A stretch of DNA of 64,000 bases, from positions 96,001-160,000 of the forward strand of contig CAVSGG010000009.1 of assembly GCA_963727455.1 (NCBI GenBank), in the 5' to 3' direction. The stretch is from Candidatus Krumholzibacteriota bacterium (lineage in GTDB: Bacteria; Krumholzibacteriota; Krumholzibacteriia; JAJRXK01). Both the position numbers and the translations under genes were made by a program. Shown in pieces: positions 20,112-30,800 of the stretch. How positions within the stretch are numbered: the stretch's first letter is position 1; each line of letters opens with the position of its first letter. The notes under the pieces are model-generated. The model was not told the origin of the DNA. It made no database searches and worked only from the letters and a program-made list of their open reading frames with translations.

Positions 20112-20945
20112 ATGGACAGCCAATCCGTACAGGGCCTCTACCTCACCATTCAAGACCTTGCCGTTGCCTACGGTGGACGCATTCTCGGCGCCATCGCCAT
20201 TCTCATCCTGGGGAGAATTGCCGCGGGGATCATCTCCAGGGGCGTTCACCGGGGCTTGAACAAAGCGAAGGTCGACACCGCGCTGGGTAACTTCGTGGCC
20301 AAGCTGGCCTATTTCGGCGTCTGGATCTTCGCACTCCTCGCGTCGCTGGAAGCCTTCGGCGTGAAGACGACCTCCTTCGTTGCCGTACTGGGTGCCGCCG
20401 GTTTGGCAGTGGGTTTGGCTCTGCAGGGCTCGCTCTCGAATTTCGCCGCGGGGGTGATGATCCTGCTCTTCCGGCCCTTCCGCATCGGTGACTTCATCGA
20501 AGCAGCGGGCGTGAGAGGGAAAGTCGTCGAGATCAGCGTCTTCACCACCATCCTCCACACTCCCGACAACCAGAAGATGATCGTGCCCAACAGCGGGATC
20601 ATGGGCGGCAACATCATCAACGTCACCGCCCTGGATACCCGCAGAGTCGATATCACGGCGGGCATCGCCTATGACGACGACATCGACAAGGCCAAGCGGG
20701 TCTTCCTGGAACTCTGTACCAACCACCCGAAGGTCCTGCAAGATCCGGCGCCGGTGGTCAAGTTGTCATCACTGGGGGATTCCTCGGTGAACTTCTCGAT
20801 CCGGCCGTGGTCGAAGACGGAAGACTATTGGGACGTCTACTTCGACCTGAACGAACAGATCAAGAAGGCCTGCGACGAGAACGGTTTGAGCATTCCGTTC
20901 CCCCAGCGGGACGTGCATCTCTTCCAGGCGTCCAGCGGAACCTAG
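20112..20945 (+). CDS. mscS: Small-conductance mechanosensitive channel
   Basis: GAAGLAVGLALQGSLSNFAAG, RPFRIGD, VPNS, IPFPQRDVH. Confidence 0.93.
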   Translation: MDSQSVQGLYLTIQDLAVAYGGRILGAIAILILGRIAAGIISRGVHRGLNKAKVDTALGNFVAKLAYFGVWIFALLASLEAFGVKTTSFVAVLGAAGLAVGLALQGSLSNFAAGVMILLFRPFRIGDFIEAAGVRGKVVEISVFTTILHTPDNQKMIVPNSGIMGGNIINVTALDTRRVDITAGIAYDDDIDKAKRVFLELCTNHPKVLQDPAPVVKLSSLGDSSVNFSIRPWSKTEDYWDVYFDLNEQIKKACDENGLSIPFPQRDVHLFQASSGT

Positions 20946-21147
20946 CCGCGGGCTCTCTTCGCCGGCCGGTTCCTGGCGAGCGATCCGCCCTCATTGGGCG
21001 TGCTATTGATCGCGGGGGACCCATTACTTAGCTTGGGAGGAAGGATCCGCGCAATTCGCGGGTCCTTTCGGTCTTGAAGCCCCCGATTGCCGGCGCTTCC
21101 GTACGGAGAGAACTTCCGCGGAGTTCGCCAGGGAGACAGAGTACCAG

Positions 21148-22416
21148 ATGCAGCTTCATGCCCCATGGAGGCCACTTGGAGTGTTGGGGGTCTCCCTGCT
21201 CTGCTGCTGCCTCTTTGCTTGCAGCAATTCCTCGACCGAACCGGTCCCGGATCAGGCCCCCGATACCAGCATCGTTTCGGCGCCCAGAAGTGACATCCCC
21301 AACTCCTACCGCGTCTCGATCGCGTGGCTCGGCAACGACCCGGATGGGCAGGTCGCATCCTTCCAGTGGCGCATGAGCGATGACGGCGCCGACGGAGTCG
21401 TCGATCCCCAGGACACTCTGGGACTCGCCTGGCACTCCACCGCGATCAGCGACTCCACTTTCGATACTTCGGCAGAGTTGGATTCTTTCGCCGCCGATGT
21501 CGCCAACCCCGCCATCACCGACCCCATCGATTTCAGGAACTGGCAGGTTCACACATTTTTCGTGCGCGCGGTCGATCAACACGGAAACATCGATCCGACC
21601 CCGGCCTCGGTCACCTTCACCGTCACCACCGTTCTGCCCCAAGTGGAGTTCGATCTGCCCACGCTGAGCGAGGATGTCTGCCAGGCCACGAACACCACGG
21701 TTGGACTCGGAATCGAAACCAGCGACGAGGATGATCCTTTGAAGATCGCCAGCGAATTCCGCTACGCCTGGGTGCCCGTGCAAGACCTCGACCCCTCGCT
21801 TTTCGACGGCACCGGAGTGAGTCCCCCGCAGGCGGGAGACTGCCTCACGCGCGCGCAGTACGAAATGCTCGACTCGACCCGGTTGTTCACGGAGAGCGAC
21901 TGGTCCTCCTGGATGCCCTTCGAGATCACCAGCCAACCCGAGGTAGACTTGAGCCGCTCCACGCTCTCGCCGGGCAGCTCCTGGTTTCTCGCGGTGCAGG
22001 CGCGCGATCGGGCGAAGGCCGTCACGACGACCTTTCGCTGGAACCGCAATCTCTTCCACTTCCACGTGGACGGAGGCTTCTTCCCCGCGCTTCACGTGAC
22101 CGATCCCAGCGCCGGAGAGAGGGACTTCGAGGGTGAGGCCACGACTGCCGTCAACCTGGGAGCCTACGGCGATTCCACTCTCACCTTCAGCTGGACCGCC
22201 AGCGCGGAGAGCTACGCGGGAGTGATCTCGGACTACCGTTATGCCTTCGATGCGGCCGATCCCCTCAACGTCGAAGAGTCCGAATGGGATACCCCCTGGG
22301 CCAATGCCAGCTCCACGAGTGTCCAGCTGGATTCTGGCGCCCACAATTTGGCCATCGCGGTCCGGGACAATTCCGGAGCCATCACCAGGGCCGTCTATCT
22401 CTTCAGCGTCAACTAG
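21148..22416 (+). CDS. Hypothetical lipoprotein with Ig/FN3-like beta repeats
   Basis: Lipobox LFAC; APDTSI..W.G.DPDG.V..F.W and HTFFVRAVD..G..DPTPA motifs. Confidence 0.7.
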   Translation: MQLHAPWRPLGVLGVSLLCCCLFACSNSSTEPVPDQAPDTSIVSAPRSDIPNSYRVSIAWLGNDPDGQVASFQWRMSDDGADGVVDPQDTLGLAWHSTAISDSTFDTSAELDSFAADVANPAITDPIDFRNWQVHTFFVRAVDQHGNIDPTPASVTFTVTTVLPQVEFDLPTLSEDVCQATNTTVGLGIETSDEDDPLKIASEFRYAWVPVQDLDPSLFDGTGVSPPQAGDCLTRAQYEMLDSTRLFTESDWSSWMPFEITSQPEVDLSRSTLSPGSSWFLAVQARDRAKAVTTTFRWNRNLFHFHVDGGFFPALHVTDPSAGERDFEGEATTAVNLGAYGDSTLTFSWTASAESYAGVISDYRYAFDAADPLNVEESEWDTPWANASSTSVQLDSGAHNLAIAVRDNSGAITRAVYLFSVN

Positions 22417-22520
22417 AATCCAGGTTCTCCTTCCCTGCCGCCAGCTGGCGACTACAATTGGGTGCGAGAGGTTGCCGTTCGGCAGCAAGGGCCGGCTCCC
22501 GTCTGGCGAGGAGGAGTACC

Positions 22521-23033
22521 ATGGACGAAGCCAAGAAGCAGCGCATGATCGAGATCCTGAAGGAAGCGGTCATGACCGAGATCAAGGGCCACCAGCTCTA
22601 TTCTCACGCAGCGGAGACCACCGAGGATAACGCCGCCAAAGCCATGTTCGAGGACATGGCCAAGGACGAAGAGCAACACGTACGTATCCTCCAGACCCAG
22701 CTCGAGAACTACACCAACGAAGGCCGGCTCAAGTTGGACGAGATCCATCCCGCCGCGGTGGATCACGGCGCCGCGCACATCATCGACGACAGCTTTCGCA
22801 AATCGCTGCGCCGGGGAGCGTTCGAGATGGCGGTGATCGGAATTGGTGTCGATTTGGAGAACCGCGCGATCTCCTATTACAAGGAACAGGCCGAGAAGTC
22901 GGATGATCCGGAGCTGCGGAAGCTCTTCACCTGGTTGAGCGAATGGGAAGTCGGCCACTTGAACGCGCTGATGGATCTGCAGAAATTCACGCAGGACGAA
23001 TACTGGTCGCAGCAGGGCTTCGCGCCCATGTAG
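22521..23033 (+). CDS. Ferritin-like/rubrerythrin-domain protein
   Basis: RBS GGAGGAG; paired E..Y..ExxH di-iron motifs (DEEQH, WEVGH). Confidence 0.85.
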   Translation: MDEAKKQRMIEILKEAVMTEIKGHQLYSHAAETTEDNAAKAMFEDMAKDEEQHVRILQTQLENYTNEGRLKLDEIHPAAVDHGAAHIIDDSFRKSLRRGAFEMAVIGIGVDLENRAISYYKEQAEKSDDPELRKLFTWLSEWEVGHLNALMDLQKFTQDEYWSQQGFAPM

Positions 23034-23064
23034 GCCGCTCGCCCGGCGCCATCAAGAGAAAAAC

Positions 23065-23331
23065 TCAGAGGTGGAGGATGAGTTCGCCTCCCCAACGGCT
23101 GACCCGGCGGATCTCCCGCAAGGGAACGATCTGATCCACCTTCTCCATGGACTTGCGCTTGGGAGCCTCGTAGCCCAGGCGCAGGTAGTCATCTCCCACC
23201 TCGGTGATGGTCGCGAGATAGGTCTCGAGCTGCACGGTATCGCGCATGACCGACTCGGAGAAGCTGCGCGGATTGACCACGGTCACGTCCTTGTCGACCC
23301 AAGTGAGCAAAATGTCACGCAAGCAAGCCAT
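23065..23331 (-). CDS. Small hypothetical protein, possible Sm/Lsm-like beta fold
   Basis: RBS GAGGTG; helix followed by VTVV..ATITEVGDDYLRL..IVPLREIRRV. Confidence 0.55.
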   Translation of the reverse strand: MACLRDILLTWVDKDVTVVNPRSFSESVMRDTVQLETYLATITEVGDDYLRLGYEAPKRKSMEKVDQIVPLREIRRVSRWGGELILHL

Positions 23332-23475
23332 GGGCACCTCTGGGCTGCAGGGATTGTGGACCCCTGGATTGTAGACCCAGTGGGGAGCTCTCTCCAAGCC
23401 CCGGCTTGGCTTGCGCGGGAAGCGGGAGGCGGTATTCTCCTCACGGCCTTCTAGCTCTCGCCCGGGAGTCAGCGC

Positions 23476-24858
23476 GTGGAAGAGAAGAATTCCGAATTGA
23501 TCGAATCCGTGAGCCGTATGCTGCGGGAAGTGCTGGCCGACTCAGAAGAGCATCCAGTTCTACCGTCTGTACCCCCCGAAGAGCTTGCGGCCCGGCTCGA
23601 TCTCGAGCTCGGCCGCGAAGGCCGGAGCCTGAGCCAGGTGGTCGACGATCTCGTCACCCTGGCGGCCAACACCCCCAGGACCAGTTCGCGACACTTCTTC
23701 AATCAGCTCTTCGGCGGTCGCGAGAGCGCTGCCGTCGTGGCGGAGACTTTGAGCGCGGTTCTCAACAATTCGATGTACACCTACAAGGCCGCGGGATCTC
23801 AGATCTTGCTCGAAAGTGAACTGCTGCGGCACATGGCCCATCTGGTGGACATGCCAAAGGCCGAGGGCTCGCTGCAGGCGGGGGGAAGCCTCTCCAACCT
23901 GCTCGGGCTCCTGCTGGCGCGCAATCGCGCCTTTCCCCAGTGGCGCGAGAAGGGACCGGCCGGGCAGAGACCCGTGCTCTACACTTCGAGCGAGTCGCAC
24001 TACTCCCTGCCGAAGGCGGCCGGCATTTTGGGCATCGGGCGGGAAAACCTGCGCCGCATCGCGGTGGACGAAAGAGGCAGGATGCTCCCGGAGGAGTTGG
24101 AGCGGCAGATTCTCGCCGATGAGCGCGCGGGCCGAACCCCCTTCTTCGTAAACGCGACCGCCGGCACCACCGTGCGCGGCGCCTTCGATCCTCTGAGCGA
24201 GCTGGCGCGGATCACCAGGCCACGCGGCCTCTGGTTGCACGTCGACGGCGCTTTCGGCGCCTCGGTCGCCCTCTCGCCGCGACGAAAGGGCCTTTTGAAG
24301 GGGATCGAGTTCGCGGACTCTCTCGCCTGGGACCCCCACAAGATGATGGGCGTACCCCTGCCCTGCTCGGTGCTGCTGACGCAGGAGCGAGGACTCTTGC
24401 GCGCGAGCCTCAGCGAGCGAGCGGACTATCTCTTCCAGGAGAACGACGAGGACGTGAACCCCGGCGATCGCAATCTCCACTGCGGAAGGCGAAACGATGC
24501 GCTCAAACTCTGGGCGGCCTGGCGTTACTTCGGGGATTCGGGATGGGAGCGGCGCATCGAGCGCCAGTTTGCGCTGGCGGGCTACGCGGCGCGGCGGATC
24601 GCGGAAATCGAGGAGCTGCGGCTCGTGGAGGATCCGCCCTGCATCACGGTGTGCTTCGAGGTGCCCGGCAAGAGTAGCGAAGCGGTGTGTCGCGAACTCG
24701 CCGAGCGGGGGCTGGCCAAGATCGGCTACGGGAAGGTGCGCGAGCGTAATGTGATCCGCCTGGTCACGGTGAATGCCGAGCTGAGCGAGAGCGATCTGGA
24801 GACGCTTCTGGCGCAGATTCTGGCGGTGTCCAGAACGCTCCCGCCCCTGGCGGGATGA
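23476..24858 (+). CDS. Group II PLP-dependent amino-acid decarboxylase (CSAD/GAD/ADC-like)
   Basis: FFNQLF, SMYTY, SHYS, ATAGTTV.GAFD, HVDGAFG, WDPHK (PLP Lys), YLFQ, CGRR.DALKLW. Confidence 0.88.
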   Translation: MEEKNSELIESVSRMLREVLADSEEHPVLPSVPPEELAARLDLELGREGRSLSQVVDDLVTLAANTPRTSSRHFFNQLFGGRESAAVVAETLSAVLNNSMYTYKAAGSQILLESELLRHMAHLVDMPKAEGSLQAGGSLSNLLGLLLARNRAFPQWREKGPAGQRPVLYTSSESHYSLPKAAGILGIGRENLRRIAVDERGRMLPEELERQILADERAGRTPFFVNATAGTTVRGAFDPLSELARITRPRGLWLHVDGAFGASVALSPRRKGLLKGIEFADSLAWDPHKMMGVPLPCSVLLTQERGLLRASLSERADYLFQENDEDVNPGDRNLHCGRRNDALKLWAAWRYFGDSGWERRIERQFALAGYAARRIAEIEELRLVEDPPCITVCFEVPGKSSEAVCRELAERGLAKIGYGKVRERNVIRLVTVNAELSESDLETLLAQILAVSRTLPPLAG

Positions 24859-24908
24859 GTCGGGCCGGCGCCGCCGGCGGGCGAGGCGAGCTTTGCGGCA
24901 GGGCTCGG

Positions 24909-24937
24909 TTGACGATGTCCTGGCGACGCGATAGCCT
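24909..24937 (+). promoter_or_regulatory. Sigma70-type promoter of trpS
   Basis: TTGACG-N17-TAGCCT. Confidence 0.45.
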
Positions 24938-25020
24938 CCCCCATTCGAACTCGCGTTTCCTTCAGAGACAGGTCCGGCGGAAACGCGGCCGCAGCTCGCG
25001 CCGCTCCACGGACCCCAGGG

Positions 25021-26007
25021 ATGAGACTCATGCGAATTTTGTCGGGCGTCCAACCCACGGGAAAGCTCCATCTGGGCAACTATTTCGGCGCCATTCGACA
25101 GCATCTCGAATTGCAGGATGAGCCCGGCAATCAGTGCTTTTACTTCATCGCGGACTATCATGCCCTGACCACCGTGCATCAGCCCGAAGTCCTGCGGGAG
25201 AACATCCGCGAGGTCGCGCTCACCTATCTCGCGCTGGGACTCGATCCGAAGCGAACCGTCTTCTACCGTCAGAGTGATCTGCCGGAGGTCACCGAACTCA
25301 CCTGGATGCTCGCGAGCGTTACCGGCATGGGGCTCATCGAACGCGCGCATTCCTACAAGGACAAGGTCGGCCGCGGCATCAAGCCCAGCCTGGGCCTGTT
25401 CTACTACCCGGTGCTGATGGCGGCAGACATCCTCATCGTCAAAGGCGAGGTAGTTCCCGTCGGACAGGATCAGGTGCAGCATTTGGAGATGGCCCAGGAC
25501 ATGGCCGGCTACTTCAACAGCAGCTTCGGGACCGAAGCACTGGTGCGCCCGGAGTGGCGATTGAGCGCAACCCCCAAGGTGCCCGGCACCGACGGCCACA
25601 AGATGTCCAAGAGCTACGACAACACCATCTCGATCTTCTCCGAGGGGAAGGCCCTGAAGAAATCGGTCATGGGGATCGTGACGAAACCCATCGACCTGGG
25701 ACAGCCTCTTCCCACCGAAGACGACAACGTGCTCGGTCTGTACAGCTTGTTCGCGAAGCCGGAAGAGATCCAGCAGATGGAAGCCGACTACCGCGCCGGT
25801 TCCATCGGCTATGGCGAAGCGAAAAAGAGACTCTTGCAAAAGATCGACAGCCACTTCGCCCCAGCGCGTGAGCGCCGCCGTGAACTCTCGAAACAGCCCT
25901 CCTACCTCGAAGACGTGCTGGCAGACGGCGCCAAGCGGGCGCGGGAAGTGGCGGAACGAACCATGCAAGAATGCCGCGAAGCCTGTGGTCTCTCGCGCTC
26001 GATCTGA
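25021..26007 (+). CDS. trpS: Tryptophan--tRNA ligase
   Basis: SGVQPTG, HLGN, YPVLMAADI, VPVGQDQ, KMSKS. Start may instead be 25030. Confidence 0.95.
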   Translation: MRLMRILSGVQPTGKLHLGNYFGAIRQHLELQDEPGNQCFYFIADYHALTTVHQPEVLRENIREVALTYLALGLDPKRTVFYRQSDLPEVTELTWMLASVTGMGLIERAHSYKDKVGRGIKPSLGLFYYPVLMAADILIVKGEVVPVGQDQVQHLEMAQDMAGYFNSSFGTEALVRPEWRLSATPKVPGTDGHKMSKSYDNTISIFSEGKALKKSVMGIVTKPIDLGQPLPTEDDNVLGLYSLFAKPEEIQQMEADYRAGSIGYGEAKKRLLQKIDSHFAPARERRRELSKQPSYLEDVLADGAKRAREVAERTMQECREACGLSRSI

Positions 26008-26105
26008 GCCGAATTCGGCCCCCAATTGGCCCTTCTTGCGCCTTTTTTGCAGTTTCGGCAACTTATCCACCACACCGGTCTATAAAGACAAGGATGGAAA
26101 TCAGG

Positions 26106-27830
26106 ATGAGCAGACAAGCGCGAATTGAATCTCCCGCGTCGCAGGGCGCCAGGGTCTCAGAGGCACCTTCCCTTGCCGGCGCCCTCATTCTGGGCGCTGC
26201 TTCCTTGCTCGTCCTCCTCTCGCTACTCCTTGCTCTCCCTTCGGCCGCGGTGGCGCAAGACTCCACTTCGACCAGCGTCGCCCCCATGGACTCCACGGGG
26301 GATCAGATCCCGGCCGATTCGGCCCTGCGAATCATGGAGCTGCAGGATCGGATCAAGAAGGATCCCTACGACGGAGAGGCGCACACCGAGCTGGGCATTC
26401 TTTACACGAACGAGAAGATGTTCGACGAGGCCCGCAACCAGTTCATCGCAGCCATTCAGTGCGCGCCAGGGGAGCCGCTCACCCACCTCAATCTCGCAGT
26501 AGCTCTGATGAAGATGAAGGCCTGGAAAGAAGCAATCCAGCCCTTGACCGCCTTCAGCAACCTCGCTCCCGACGACGGACGCGGATACATCCTGCTGGGA
26601 GACACCTACAGTCAGCTCGACAAGACCGATAAGGCTCGCGAGAACTGGGAAGCGGGTCTGCGGATGCTCGGCGTGAAGTCGAGTGACAAGGCCGAGATGC
26701 TCAGACGACTCGTCCAGAGCTACGAGGACGAGGAGGATCCGGCCGGTGCGGTGGCCGAAATGGACAAGCACCAGACTCTTCTCGTCGGCGGCGATTTTGC
26801 CGACCTCCGCGAACGCAGAGTGGGCCTCATGATGAAACTGGCCAAGGAAGCCCAGGAGGCGGGAAAGGACGATGACGCGCTGCACTGGATGGCCCGCGCG
26901 CGCAAGTCCAAGTCGGCCCCGGCCACTGCGTGGACCGCGGCAGCCGAAATTCTGTTGCAGCGGGATCTTCCAGATTCCGTCACGGCACTCGCCACGGAAA
27001 ACCCCAACGCCCCCGCCGGCACCAACGCCTTTTTGCGCGGGCGAGTCGCCGAACAGCAAGGAGACCTACAGACCGCTGCACGCTACTACAAGGAGGCACT
27101 CTCGGCCGATCCGGACTACCCGGGTGCGAGCGCTTTCCTGGGCGGCGTCCTGGCGCGCCTGGGAGACACCCATGGTGCACAGAAGGCGCTGGCCCGGGCA
27201 AGCTCCCGCGGAGAGGGCGGCGTCGCGACCAAATACAATCAGGCCGTCGTGCGTTCGAAGGCGGGCGACTACCGCGGCGCCATCCCCCTGCTCAAGGAAG
27301 TGATCCAGAAGGATCCCTCTCTCAAGGATGCCTACCGGGCTCTCGCCGCCGCCTACCGCAAGACGGATCAGTACGAGGAAGCGGCCAAGACCTCGCAGGA
27401 GTTCCTGGACAAGTTCGGCCCCTCCGCCGGAGAGATCTACCAACTCGCCTACGCGCAATACAAGAGCGGAAACTACTCCGATGCGGCGGAGAACTACGAG
27501 ATCGTCACCGCCATGGAGCCGGAAAATTTCAACGCTTACTACGGTCGCGGCCAGAGCCTGATGAAGTTGGGGCGCTACGACGACGCCGCCGCGTCGTTTT
27601 CTCAGGCCACGAAGTTGCGGCCGGACAACGAAATTGCCGTCTTCAACCTGGCTTTCGCCTATCAGAAGGCCGGCAAGTACGAGGAGGCGATCGACTCCTA
27701 TCTCGACGCGAGTGATCTCAAGGAGACCATTCGGTCCTACACCAACATTGCCATCTGCTACCGGAAGCTCGGCGACAAGGATGCGGCGGACGAGTATTAT
27801 GAGAAAGTCAACGCCATGAAGAAGAAGTAA
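26106..27830 (+). CDS. Exported tetratricopeptide-repeat protein
   Basis: Signal peptide (AVA-Q) and many TPR units (e.g. AYYGRGQSLMKLGRYDDAAASFSQA). Confidence 0.8.
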   Translation: MSRQARIESPASQGARVSEAPSLAGALILGAASLLVLLSLLLALPSAAVAQDSTSTSVAPMDSTGDQIPADSALRIMELQDRIKKDPYDGEAHTELGILYTNEKMFDEARNQFIAAIQCAPGEPLTHLNLAVALMKMKAWKEAIQPLTAFSNLAPDDGRGYILLGDTYSQLDKTDKARENWEAGLRMLGVKSSDKAEMLRRLVQSYEDEEDPAGAVAEMDKHQTLLVGGDFADLRERRVGLMMKLAKEAQEAGKDDDALHWMARARKSKSAPATAWTAAAEILLQRDLPDSVTALATENPNAPAGTNAFLRGRVAEQQGDLQTAARYYKEALSADPDYPGASAFLGGVLARLGDTHGAQKALARASSRGEGGVATKYNQAVVRSKAGDYRGAIPLLKEVIQKDPSLKDAYRALAAAYRKTDQYEEAAKTSQEFLDKFGPSAGEIYQLAYAQYKSGNYSDAAENYEIVTAMEPENFNAYYGRGQSLMKLGRYDDAAASFSQATKLRPDNEIAVFNLAFAYQKAGKYEEAIDSYLDASDLKETIRSYTNIAICYRKLGDKDAADEYYEKVNAMKKK

Positions 27831-27843
27831 CCGGAAGCAGAAG

Positions 27844-30800
27844 ATGGGCCGAATCCTCACCGCAGCTGGCGCTTTCGCAGTGGAAGAGCTCCTGCTGGCG
27901 AAAGTGGACGAGGACCAGGCGTCCGTTGCGACCGACCCTGCTCTCCTTCGCAAGCCACTGCGCATCGTCGTTCCCTCGCGGACTCTTCAGGCCCATCTCT
28001 CTTGGCGCATCTGCGCGCGCCGCGGCGGAGTGGCCGGACTCCTCGTACAGACTCATCTGCAGCTCGCGTTCGAACTCTTCGGAACGGACCCGCGCAACTC
28101 CACAAAAACTCACGACTCCCTGTTCGCGCTGCTTCTGCGGCGCGAAGCGGAAGAGCACCCGCTCTTGCGCGAGGTCCTGAGCGAGCTGGTGCAGGGAACG
28201 AAAGCCGTGGTCTCCTCGGCGGACGATCTCTGTCACGCGCAAATCTCCCCCGAACTGAGCGAGGCTCTCCTGGACTCGCTGGACGAAATGGAGAGGAACG
28301 AGGCCTCACTCCGCGCGCGCGCCGTCCTGGAGTCGACTTTCGCGGCGCAGTCCAAGTTCGAGAATCTGCAGCTTCTCTCGCGAGACGGACTTTTGGCGCG
28401 GGTGAGCTCGTCGCTCAGAGACCGGGATACTCTGCGCGACTGCGCGCGGGGCATTCTGATCCACGGATACGCAGACGCGACCGGAGTAGTGACGGGCTTT
28501 TTGGAGGAGCTTTTGCACCACCCGAACTCCGCCGCCTTCCTGGACCGTCCAGCCGATCCCGCCAAGAGAGACGTGTTCGATCTGGGGATCGAGTTTTCGC
28601 GGCCCTTCGGATTGAGACTGGGCGAGAGCTTGAAGCTCCCCGAAATCGGCGCGGGCGCACCGCAGCTTTCCGCCTTCTGCGCCCCGGGCGCCAGTGGCGA
28701 AGCACGTGAGATTGCCCGCAGACTTCGATCCCTCCTGGACGAAGAAGATCCCCCCGCCCCGGAGAGCGTGGCCATCGTCGCCCGCGCTCTCCCTGTCCAC
28801 TTCCTGGACCTCACAGAGGCGCTCGATGACTATGGAGTGCCTTGGCGTGCGCCCCAAGCCCCGGGCTGCGTCGACGCCGCGGGACACAAGTTGGTAGCTC
28901 TGCTCCAGCTCCTGCACCTCGATTCGGCCTTCCCGGTGGATCGATGGCTCGAACTTCGTGAGTACGACGAGAAATTCTTGAAGCTGCGACTCGCGGCGGC
29001 AACTCTGGGCGCGGGAAGACTGAGACAGCTCTCCTCTCTTACGGACGGGGAGATCGCGGCGCATTCTCCCGCCTTGAAATTGCCCATTCGAGACGGACTG
29101 AAACCACGCGCCACGGGGGATTCGTCTCCAGGCGACGAGGACTCGTTGCACCTCATCGGGCAGAAGGAGCTGCGCGCGCTGCGGGACGACGCGCGCGCGC
29201 TCGTGCAGCGCCTGAGCTCCTGGCCTTCACGGCAGAGTCTTCCCCGGCACGCCGACACGCTGCGCGGCCTGGTGCTGAGCTGCCTGGATTGGACGCAAAC
29301 GAATGGCAGCGCGGAGGCCTTGCGGCGTCTCGAGAAGCTCCTCGGCAGCTACGACATCCCGCTGGAGCTGAGCAGGGCGGAATTCCTCGCGCTTCTGGAT
29401 GAGCGGATCGAGGAACTGATCCGCGTGCAGGAGGACGGAAACGGCGGTGGAGTGCAGATTCTGGACGTCACGAAGGCGCGCGGCCTCACTTTCTCGCGGC
29501 TTTTCCTGATTGGTCTCAACCGCGGAGCTTTCCCCTCCAGCGCGAAGGAAGATCCTCTGCTTCCCGATCGAATCCGCACCCGGCTTCGTCAAGTCCTCCC
29601 CGACTTGAAGAGCAAGCGCGAGCGCGGCCGAGAAGAGCGCTTCCTCTTCGCACAACTCTTGTCATCCGCTCCTCAGGTGACGCTCTCGTGGTGGACGAGC
29701 GACGATGACGGACGTCCTCTGCCTCCCTCGTCCTTCGTGCAGCGTCTGGGTTTGAGGATGAGCGAGGATTCGTCCCCCCTGGTCGCGAGCGAGGAGGAGT
29801 CGGAGAGAGTTCGTCCGCGCCCGCTGCGAGAACACCTTCTCCAGGCCGCTCTGCGCGACGACGAGGAATGCTTCGTACGGCTCTTGGCTCCGGCGCTCGC
29901 GGAGTCGGATTGTGCCGCTATCCTTCCTTCTCATCCGGAGGCCTGGGCCGAGGCGACTCGTGCGGTGTTGAAGGAAAAGGACCTGTGGCCGGGAACCGCC
30001 CCCGACCTGGGTCCCTGGATGGAGGGCCCCGGAGCCTCGGCCGGGCTTTGGCCCGATCTGCAATCGGACTCGGCCTTCGTCACCAAACTGGAAGCCCTGG
30101 CCCGCTGTCCCTGGGCCTACTTCCTCGAAAGAGTGCTGCGCCTTCAGCCGCTTCCCGATCCGCTCGCTTCGCTTCCCCTTCTGGATCGTCGGCGCGTGGG
30201 AAGCGTGGTTCACAAGACCCTCGAGCGCATCGTGGAGAGGGTGATCGGCAAACCGCCCCGCGCCGGGCTTCAGGCGATCGTCGAGCAAACCGCCGTCGAA
30301 GTTCCCTGGCCCGATGACCCTCTGCTCGCTCGTACGAGCGAGGATGCGGCCTTGGAAGTGCTCCGTGAAGAGGGCCTGGCCCTGCCTGGATTGGCGCGCG
30401 CACTGGCCACCTGTGCGCGGCCCTATCTGGAGGTGTGCCGGCAGGAGCTCTTCTCCCCCTCGCCGCCCAAAGTCGTGGCCGCGGAAGTCTCCGGGGCCGT
30501 CGAACTCACCCAACCCGAAGGGCCCGCCCTGCGGCTCCGCTTCCGGGCCGATATGGCGCAGCGCCGGCAGGAAGAACTCCATCTCATCGACTTCAAGTCC
30601 TCGGCGCCTTTCATCACCACCATCAAGGACGCTTCGCGCAGAAGACACCTCTTGAACGCCCTCCACTCGGGAACCCGACTGCAGGGCATGAGCTACGCTC
30701 TGTCCGTGCAGCAAATGACGCAGGAAACCGGTTGGGGTTCGTATCTGCATCTCAAGCCCGATGCGAGCGGACTTTCTTCGTGGATCGATTTTCGAGGCGA

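Noticed and set aside
24945-25020. GC-rich hairpin in the trpS leader as a T-box or attenuator
   Set aside because: Too short, with no T-box consensus, Trp leader peptide or U-tract.
26063-26071. DnaA-box-like TTATCCACC
   Set aside because: Single 8/9 match with no cluster or AT-rich unwinding element; not an origin.
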